DNA of 64,000 nt from Hydrolagus affinis (lineage: Eukaryota). Positions 54,357 through 64,000 of this stretch are shown here, piece by piece. The notes beneath the pieces are model-generated. The model worked only from the letters and a program-made list of their open reading frames with translations, was not told the DNA's origin and made no database searches. Numbering within the stretch: position 1 is the first letter of the stretch; each line of letters begins with the position of its first letter. The stretch spans positions 1 to 64,000 of the forward strand of contig JAAILG010001560.1 of NCBI GenBank assembly GCA_012026655.1, written 5' to 3'. The position numbers and the translations under genes are program-made.

Positions 54357-55075
54357 TACACTTTATCCACGACTTGATGCACCAGCAATTCCGTATAACC
54401 GGCATGCACCCCAAAAAAGTCCCCATTCGATAAACCGGAACTTATCCGGAACAATAGCAGTGGAGCATTTGTAAATGCATAAATAAGAACATAATAATAG
54501 AATATTGTATTGGTACTTATTATTAAAACTACTCTCTTGTGTTTTTTACCTTTGCTGGTAGATTCTGCGCTTGAAGCCATGATGCTGCGGTTGAGGTTTA
54601 TAGTCCAGTGATTCTTTTTAAAATGGAGCGGGTGAAAAAAGCGTGTATAACTTTAAAGTCATACTAGCGGCAAGTCGATAACGCTAGCCGATAACCCACA
54701 TTGTCACGCAGGTACAGTATTTCGGTTTGCCACTAGTAGAGTCTAGGGCTTCGGCTTGCAGCTAGTACAGCTGCTCGACTTTAAAATCGCGCTGCCGTTT
54801 TTTTCACCTACTTGGCTCCATTTAAAAAATAATCACTGGACTGTAAACCTCAAGCAGTAAAAGTGAGAAGCGCAAGAGAGTAGTTTTAACAATAAGTACC
54901 AATGTAATATTCTATTATTATCTGTTATTACTTAGTCTGGTGTGTATGGTGTGTGTTAAAAGAACTTTAATTTTTTTGTAGTGGGCTTTTGGCGGCGGGC
55001 CGCCCGAATATCTGGCAGGCACTTTAACCGGCATTGGCCAGGTCCAGCGGGTGTCGGATAAACGGGCTTCTACTG
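54357..55075 (+). mobile_element. Tigger-derived element with internal inverted duplication of the transposase start
   Basis: Right TIR ...gtcggataaacgggcttctactg followed by TA; decayed left end; KRKRVVLTIS-type coding remnant on both strands. Confidence 0.8.
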
Positions 55076-57863
55076 TAGCAGGAGACAGCTATAATTAATT
55101 CTACCAACATATCTACCCAAGTCAAAGTTTCTTTTTGAACTTTAAAAAAAAAGTTCCTCTAAAACAACAATGGTACCGCACAAGTGTATTCAAATGCTGC
55201 TTTTATACTTCTGAGAAAAATTGCAATGTGTATTTGACAACTGTTTTATACTTTCTGCTCTACATCACTTTGAAATAGGACCAGAGCTGTTTTGCACTAC
55301 ATGTGAAGTAATGCAGTATAAGTGGATCTGATATTTGCAAACCATACATCCATTTTTGTTTGTGTTTTTCTAGCACAGGCCGGAGTTTTTATTTTTATGC
55401 ACCATCTAGGATGTCAAGCTTCACGACAAAAAGATCTTTGCTCAGTACCTTGCTTCTGAGCAGCTCATTCGGAGGGAGGTTTCTCAGTTGCACTGCTTTA
55501 TGAACAATTAAAAAAAAATGTATTATTGCATTCTTAAATAGGAATGTCATTTTTTACATTAATGTAATTCCCCAACACAATGCGCAATGGTTTAATACTT
55601 TTTTAATTTGTCCAAAAAAATTATGTTCTAGGTTACTTTTGAAAATGATGCGTTATCTTTGCAAATGAAGGAATATTTTATACTATGTATTATGCACTTT
55701 TGTAATCAATGCAAAATACAGTAAGAAGTTAATTTAACCGTTTGTTCTGTAATAACACATTAATAATTTTGCTACACATTTGATTGCAACAAAGGATTCA
55801 TTTGCAAGCTGGTCATTGGTGATGAGAGTTGAATATAGAATGGAAATAAAAATGAGCAAGCTACAATTAATGTTGCCCAAATATTGGCTGCTCTTCAATA
55901 GTGTTAAGGTCAATATTGCTTGAGGGATACAGACAGCAACTATTAATATTCTAATATGAACTATCCAAATTGAAGCCAGATTTTAAATATCCAGACCAAT
56001 TACATATATGTACATATATGTGTTTGTAAAACACATTTGGGGTTTTATTATGTTTTATTTTATATAGTATTGGTATGTATTTTATATAACCTAGATTTGT
56101 TAAATAATCTACTGCTCTATTTGGCTCGTGCTGCCTGTATTATCTGACTTCAGAATCCCTTTAATATTTTGAATAGAATTTTTTGCAGTATTTAATTTAT
56201 TGTTCTTATTCACATTATGTGCACTAAATATCTCTGTTATAATTTATTTTATTAGTTAACAATAAACTTAAAAAAAAGTTTATCTTCTCTATGATTGAGC
56301 TTTTTTTTTCTACAATTGAGCTGTTTCTCCCCAGACATGTGGAAGAAGGAAAAGTATAGATTCAAATCCCTGCGTGTATTGAGTAAGGTGAGATATTCAT
56401 TGCTGTGACTAAAGCACAACTGTGTTTGGTGGATGGCCAGCAAAGGAACTCTACCCCAGTGAAAGGGAAGCTAAAGCTAATTTGTATCCAGCAATTTTAT
56501 CACCCCCTCTTGAAGAGAGAATAAAAAATTTGGTGGGTAAAAATTAATGAGAAAACTACTGTCTACATGTCACTGAATGAATGAACAATCAACTGCTTTA
56601 CTACCAATTCTAGTTTATATCTGGACAGCTCAGATGAAAAACAACTGCTGTCTCACTTCCACACAAATTCTCCCAAGACAATCCTGATCATTTTATAAAT
56701 AAATAGGTTGTTATACAATATTGCCTTCACACCTGAAGTAAGATACAACAATAACTTGCACTTATATAACACCCTCCATGTCCTGTAGTGTCTCAGAGAG
56801 CTTAAAATCATTAAGATATGGTTAAATCTGTCCTCATTACTGAATGTCAGGAGAACTGTTGTAAATATCGAGTCCTTCCTGTTCTTAAATGTTGAATAAA
56901 AACAATCCTTTACATTGTGTCTCCTCATTATCACTCTGTTCATTTATTTGATCAGTCAGAACTGTTACCCAATAGATATTTACACTAAAATGCACTCCAT
57001 AATCACTTCAATAAATCTAGCTTGATTTACTCATTTTATGTTAAACCCAAGCAAATGTTTTTTGAATGTACTGAAAGTAGACATCATTATACAGTGAAAT
57101 CTGTCTCTAAACCCCTAGAGCTGCAGAAAAGAATCACCAGTGAAAGTTACATCCAGAATATAACAATGACCGACTTTACAACCAAGAGAAAAGTTGTATT
57201 CCTGAACACTCTTAGTTGTTGTATATCTGGATATCTAAAATGCTGATACAGTCCATGTACTGAAAAGCGATGGTTATCTCACTCCCTTAACAAGTAATCT
57301 TCCCAGTAGATATAAATCATGTTATGAAGTACTGTTGTAAGCTTTCATACTATCTAGACCTCAAAGGATGAATTAATATGTATAGTACTTGTATCTGCCA
57401 TCTTTTGCTTAGGTGAGATATGGTAGAAGTTATGTTTTAAAATGTTTCCTTTCTCTGGTTTCCCAATTATAATAAATAATAATTATGCTTGCATTTGATA
57501 AAGTGTTTTTCTTGTCAGAGGACGTCGCAAAGCACTTTATGGAATTTATTACACTGTGCAGTGACTGTATTTTGTAGGCAACCAATTAGCTTTTATTTGG
57601 ATTTATGACTTAGTTATTATCCATTTCACCAATACAAAGATAATTATTTCTGGCATTTGAATCAATTTAACAAACCTGAATTTTGCAAAGTACAGGGTAC
57701 AAATATTTCAGCTATAGTGAACTATAGAGATTGATTAAAAAGCAGGTTGTCCCATTTCAGTCCTCCTTGTATCCAGCTTCTTGAGCCAAATTCTAGTACT
57801 ATATATCAATAAATAACAGAAGTATTTCCTTATTTTCAGTCTGCTTTTCATATGCAACCATTG

Positions 57864-58212
57864 TGGAGCTCCTGTGGCTCAGTGGTTAGAGCACTTGTCT
57901 TGCAAGCTGGGGAGACCAGGCTGGGGAGACCTGTGTTCGAATCCAGGCAGGTCAGGGTGAAACCTTGGGCAAGTTTCCTTACTCCACATGCCTAATAATA
58001 ATCCCTCCAAAAAAATCACAATAATAAAATTGGTCATTTCAATCCACGTCTGTGTGTGGGACACTGCTGTGCGCAATTGGCTGCCGCGATTCGCCCACAA
58101 ATATACAGTCAATTCACTTTACAGTGTATTCTGTGAAGCGCTTTGGGACGTTGATAAAATGTGGAAAGCGCTATATCAAATGCAAGGATTATTATTATTA
58201 TTATTATTATTA
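57864..58212 (+). mobile_element. Full-length tRNA-derived SINE with L2-like 3' end
   Basis: A box tggctcagtgg, B box gttcgaatcc (57935-57944), duplicated gctggggagacc, (TTA)n tail. Confidence 0.93.
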
Positions 58213-58596
58213 ATTGAGTTGTTTCATGTTTACAGAATAAAAAAGACACATTTTGAACTGGAACTTATGTGTTCCTCTAAACCTCTAGAATGAAGCTAAA
58301 GATGGATCAAAAATTTTTTTATATGGGGTTGTGTGGGGATGGTCGGAAGGAAGGAGGGAAAGATTAGCACTGAAAAGACTCACAAATAAACAATCATAAA
58401 TTGTCTTTGCAAGAATCATCACAGAGACGCTAGCAATCAATTGCATCTGATTTCAATTAAATTGTGAGGATTATTTTAAAAACAGGTGCCCACCAAATCA
58501 TGCAGTGTTCTTTAGTTATTGGGATGACATGGTGTCCTCCATTTAGCGGTAATTGAATAGATATGAACTAGTTCTCAAGTTTGCCGTCAGACTTAC

Positions 58597-58683
58597 CAGT
58601 TTCTGTTGAAGCTGTGTAATCATCTCATCCTTCCTTTTCATTTCTTCCTGCAGCTCTTTGATCTCATTGAGAAGCTCCTCCGT
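58597..58683 (-). CDS. CCSER2: CCSER2 internal coding exon (87 nt, phase 0/0), coiled coil
   Basis: Minus strand reads atgaacag|ACGGAG...AAACTG|gtaagt and encodes TEELLNEIKELQEEMKRKDEMITQLQQKL. This resembles human CCSER2 NEDLLNEIKQLKDEIKKKDEKIQLLELQL as recalled. Not in the ORF track. Confidence 0.9.
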
Positions 58684-59064
58684 CTGTTCATTATATATAT
58701 TAAAAAATTAGCCATTAGGCAACAGTACAGTTAACAAAATGGATGACATACCCTTACAGGTAATGACAATTGAGGCACAGGTTCAGTGCAGTACAACAGT
58801 ATTAATAAACTTGTGTGTTTGGGTTTTCTGGATTTCTCTTCTGAAAGTGACAATTTATGTTTATTCAGCTTATACTGTACATTTCTACATGGATGGAATC
58901 CCCCCTTATTCTGTGGTCATTGTTCAAAGTGAGTTGAGCTAGTGTTGAGTTAGCAGATGACTTGACAGTAAGGGACACTAAAAACTAGAGTTGAACCCAA
59001 TTCTGTGTCGATCCAAATGGCAATATTTTTTATAGCACCTTTCACCACAGTAGAATTGATAATA

Positions 59065-59275
59065 CAGTAAAAGCCTGTTTATCCGGCACCCGATCAACCG
59101 TAATTTTCGTTTAACCGGCATCACAAAAAAAAAGTTTGCATTCGATTAACCGGAATTTATCCGGAAAATGCATTGAAATTTTTTTTATTTTTTGCGTTTT
59201 CGGCCGAATATCCAGCACGTGCTTTAACCGGCATTGGCCAGGTCCCGAGGGTGCCGGATAAACAGGCTTTTACTG
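59065..59275 (+). mobile_element. Tigger/pogo-type MITE (best-preserved copy, 211 bp)
   Basis: Perfect 27-bp TIR cagtaaaagcctgtttatccggcaccc; TA TSD. Confidence 0.95.
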
Positions 59276-59597
59276 TATCTATTTTCTTACTTGCAGGCAG
59301 GAAAAAATATAAACATTAATGCAAAGTACTGATATCATTATAAGCTAATGTTTATGCTCAAAAGTTTTTTGGTGATACAAGTGACATTGCTTTTGTAAAT
59401 GAATTGTGATAATAGACATAAGACCTCCCTTATTCACATGAGGAACTGTTGCTAAATTCAATGCCATAACCACTTAATAGATTATTATTGTTACTTATTA
59501 TATTCAAGGATAGTTCCTTGGCTCTTTAGAATGTCTTCAATTTTGTTCATCTCTATTGTTAATGACCAGGACAGTAACCAAATTTCATTTAGCAAAT

Positions 59598-59874
59598 TAT
59601 TATTAATAATAATAATCCTTGCATTTGATATAGCGCTTTTCACATCTTCTAGATGTCTCAAAGCGCTTCCTTAAATATACTGTAAAGTGAATTGACTATA
59701 TATGTGGGCAAAACGCGGCAACCGATTGCACACAGTTGTGTCCCGCAAACAGTTGTAGATTGAAACGACCAATTTTTTTTTTTAGGGATTATTAATAGGA
59801 ATAAGGAAACTTGCCCAAGGTTTCACCCTGCCTGAAAATGAATCCAGGTCTAACCACTGAGCTACAGGACTCCA
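59598..59874 (-). mobile_element. tRNA-SINE with a deletion in the head
   Basis: Family body and tail present; spacer between A and B boxes collapsed. Confidence 0.88.
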
Positions 59875-61753
59875 CTATTATCTGATATTAACAGTGATAC
59901 TCCATATAGATTGTGACACTGCAGTCTGAAGTCTGCTGTATCTGTTTCTCATTCTGTGCTGTGTCTCACATCTCATCACAGCCAATCCTGACATCACAGC
60001 CTCACACATCACACAGACAGAAATATAGTCCTCCATTTTATTGTGATACCAATACAATACACAATTACATATGTATAAGCGCCTTTAGAGCATATTAATG
60101 GGCAAATTAAATGTACTCACAAATTATGTTGTAGGAAATGGTGTTCATTAACCAATGGAATACATAAATGTATGTATTCCATTGATTAATGAAACACAAT
60201 AAAAAATCCATTGCAGAATCTAATCTAATTATAGTACTTATTGAGGTAATGTTTGGCCTTTAGGTTCTTAAAGCATAAATAATGCAGCAAAACTCCTTTG
60301 GTTTGCAGTTAAAATCTTTAGGGCCAAGTGTGACAAACAATGATTGACAGTACAGATAAACCATTTTATTTGGCTTTGCAGCATTATCTTATGTTCAACT
60401 CCTCACAAAAACTAATGGTGCCATTCAATTCATTTACTTACCTTGAAAAAATAATTTCCCTCTAATGCTTTATTTCTTCTGGAGACCATATCTACTTATT
60501 TGGATTTTTCTAAAAACAACAGAATATTGTTCCATGCTGTGCCTTACTCAGACTGTATTCAATTTGAAAAAGACAGCATTCTGGGTCTGCAGCAAACTGC
60601 CTCAGGCACAAAACAACTTGGCATTATTCAGGGGAATTCTTTGAATTCTTTGCTTTCCTTAAGCGAAAGGTTACAAAGAAACTTTTTCAAAAAATGAATT
60701 TTTTAGATTGATGTCAATTTTTCAATATCTCAATGCCTTGAGAAAAGATCCGGCTAACACTCACTATGGTCTGTGGAATAAAATACACCAGCAATGACAC
60801 CTTATCCTGAACTTTAATTGCTGTCTCTGGGCTAATTGAGTATCAAAAAATAACTAATCCGATTTAAATATTTCTTCTTTAAGTACACCAATATTTCAGA
60901 TATTTTTACATATCGTGGATGGTTCATGAATATCCAAAATTGTTCTGCACCATAATAAAGCCAATTTTATCTTTATTGAAGCAGGCTATGATGCATGATA
61001 CACAACCAACTTTCTGTTCACAAGTTACACTTTGACATAAAATGCTTGAATATATGCTTTGATAGAGCATTTGATAACACAGTGGTAGGAATAATTCTAG
61101 CATCATATCCCTAAAATTTGGTTTGGAAATTGAGATTAACAGTGTTAAGATTTCCTGTATGTCAGATTGATACACAAGTGAGAGTGGGGCAAAACCAGCT
61201 TTGAGGGTTGATTTTCTGAACAAACAATCGATGGTGATATCCTCAGGCTGCAACATTCTAATTTCCCAATCAGATACAATCAGGAGAGATAAACATTTTC
61301 ATATCATTTACCACCATCGCCCCTATCTCTTCCCCAGCACTGAGATTCATCCTCAACCATGCATTCATCACATCCAGGCTCAACTATGCCCCTGCAGATA
61401 AAATTCAAGTAGTTTTCTCCTTTTCATTTTCGTGACAAAGTGGGTGAAGCAACAGTAACAAGGCATTTTTTTTAAACTGATCTTAGTGCAATTCTGAAAT
61501 TTGATGTTCAATACGATACCGTCAGTTTTGCAGAACAATGTTTTTTTTGTCAGCTGAGTGAAATGCTAATTTACCCTTAGAATATCCTGCAGCTGTCATA
61601 AACATCAATTTCATTTCAACTAGTCCAGGGTAGATTCAAATCCATATTGTATATATAAATGCAATTTGTTGTTGTGATTCTCCTTATACCTTACTAATTA
61701 GTTTTGTCTATATGCATTATTATTATACAAAAATAAGCAGTTTACTATTAGTA

Positions 61754-62540
61754 CAGCAGAAGCCTGTTTATCTGTGACCCGATCAACCGTAACTTCCGTA
61801 TAACCGGCAGTGAAAAAAAAAGGTCCGCATTCGATAAACCAGAATTTATCCAGAAAAAAGCAGTTTTGTTGGTGTTTTGTGTTGTGTCAGTATTTGGAAT
61901 GCTGCTACTAGGTGTCTGATGGTGGCACTAGCTCAGAGTGCTGCTGGTACTATAAAGCAATGCACTTTCCGGAGTGTACTCTTTGAGAGGTAGAGTGGGG
62001 TGAGTTGATTAATTTAGATTTAATTTAGCCACAAAACAGCAAAACACACATCAAACCTGAGCAAAGCTTGCAGATCAATTCATTGGCTTTTATTTTAATA
62101 AAAAACTCATCCCTGCAATGCTCGTTTTACAGAGTGCAGTGTTTCAAGTTAGTGCACACACACACACAGGCATCGCAAGGCTTTTTTGGAAAGAAAGTTA
62201 ACTGAACTGAGCAGCCGCCGCTCACTCTCTGCTTTCTCAATTATACAAGCTTTCCTCTCTTCTGCCCCCAATGAGAACAGTGTCATTCAGACGTGTAATT
62301 TTTGCACTAGTTTACAGATCTCTCTGAACTGCCCGGTCGCTGTGTGTAAAATGACTAGACTATAATTATTATTTATATATTATATTATCATATAAATGAT
62401 TATTTAGTCTATTATTAATTTGCTATGGTTTAACAAATTAAATTTATTTTTGTGTTGGGTTTTCCGCTGAATATCCAGCAGGCACTTTAACTGGCACTGG
62501 CTAGGTCCCGAGGATGCCGGATATATATGGGCTTTTACTG
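61754..62540 (+). mobile_element. Longer (about 790 bp) member of the same Tigger family
   Basis: Same termini with TA on both sides; different internal sequence. Confidence 0.82.
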
Positions 62541-63753
62541 TATTATGCTTTTGAAAACATTATTTAAAGCACACAATTAATTTTTCATTCTCAAGCCTTC
62601 TTCTAACTCTTTACTCCTAGGTTTAGAATGTGCAACCCATTTTAATGATAAATTATACCAACCTGTTTTTCATCAGCCATTTTATTACAACTTAATGTAA
62701 TTTATGGAAACCTTAACCTGGTGGCATCTTTAATTTATTTTTACTTAAAGTGTAACTTTGGAGTATTGAAACCGAAGGGCAACTTTCATGATTACATTAG
62801 CATAAATGCAATGGTCAGAATTTAAGAAACATGAGAAATATGGAATGGGCAATCAAATCCTTTTCTGTAGCTTCAAACTTTAAATTGTTCTCTACTGTAT
62901 CGGAGCAGTTAATCATTTGCAGTTTAATACCTACTCACAGGTATCTGAAATATCCCAAACACTGAACAGGTTTGGCACAACAGTCCTTTGCTCAAAATAC
63001 AATTTTACAAATACCTTGAAATTTAAAAGATTCAATACCTTGAAATTTTGACTCTGTATACTGACTCTTAGGTCCATCAACTCAAGCAATTCATGTCTTA
63101 AACTGCATGGCAATGCTGTATGATAGGCACCAAAGATGGGGGTAGGAGCTAAATGTAGTGGAGAGCACAAAGATGACCGAAAGCATCATCAAATACCAAC
63201 AAAAGGATAGAATGAGGTTTTATAAAAGCTACAATTACACAAGTAAATCTGAGACTGAGTAGGAAGTCGTTAGAAATAAGGGACAACTTACAATCATTTC
63301 TGAAAATGTTTGTAATTACTGTTTCCTATGTTGGGTGTATTCTATCTAGAAAGCATATACTGACTGAAAAATGTTTGTGTAAAACATTGTATTACAGAAT
63401 AATAACAACAACAAGAACAACAAAATTACATAAATGAGTGTCTGATTGATATTACATTAAAAAAAAGCAGTGTCTGAGCAAATACAGGGCAGGGAATTAA
63501 AAGGTGTTCAGAGGTAGGCAGAATATAAGAAAGCATGCAAAATAGTACATAATTTGGAAGATATTCCAAATGTTGTAAATGTGAGCAAAAGGACCAAATA
63601 AATTATGTTAAGAAAGAGTAAAATGCAAAAATATAAAGAGAAGGGGATAAAGAAATAAGCGAAACCCTGATGAAGCAATTGAAAACAAAAATAAATGTGA
63701 TTTTTCAGGAGTCATTGAGGTGTGTTGCAAAAGTATTACTGCAAAATTAGATA

Positions 63754-63961
63754 CAGTAAAAGCTCGTTTGTCTGGCACCCGATCAACTGTAATTTCCGTA
63801 TAACCGGCACACAAAAAAAAAGGTCTGCATTCAATTAACCGGAATTTATCCAGAAAAATGCATTTAAATTTTTTTTTTTGCATTTTTGGCTGAATATTCG
63901 GCACGCGCTTTAACCGGCATTGGCCAGGTTTGGCGGGTGTCGGATAAATGGGCTTTTACTG
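63754..63961 (+). mobile_element. Tigger/pogo-type MITE
   Basis: TA|cagtaaaagctcgtttgtctggcaccc ... ggcttttactg|TA. Confidence 0.9.
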
Positions 63962-64000
63962 TATAACTAAAATACACTGTACTGTAGTGGCATTTTAATA

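Noticed and set aside
60441-60513. Further upstream CCSER2 exon (strong aag|gtaagt donor on minus)
   Set aside because: The required phase-0 frame contains a stop and shows no similarity to CCSER2.
62931-63170. Possible minus-strand exon ending at gtgagt
   Set aside because: No frame resembles CCSER2; earlier exons are probably beyond the window.

Overview
AT-rich vertebrate genomic DNA, most likely a cartilaginous fish. The repeat set (tRNA-headed SINEs with L2-like tails, Deu-domain SINEs, L2, CR1, Tigger and hAT MITEs) resembles elephant shark; this is inferred from repeats only. The window holds the last four coding exons of a minus-strand gene I identify as CCSER2 (FAM190B/Gcap14): 58597-58683, 46691-46789, 38372-38456 and terminal exon 19981-20928. 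A probable long 3' UTR and about 16 kb of intergenic DNA follow. The main observation is an 85-nt frame-shifting exon feeding a dual-coding terminal exon. Skipping it gives a 315-aa disordered tail with two SRLP motifs ending ...RYSRLPKPKMHVSNPSNYSF. Including it gives a short alternative-frame tail ending ...AYRGPQ*. Both match the human isoform C-termini as I recall them. No prokaryotic features, CRISPR arrays, rRNA or true tRNA genes were seen. There is one 100-N gap. Exon boundaries were read base by base; repeat boundaries are approximate unless a TSD is quoted.
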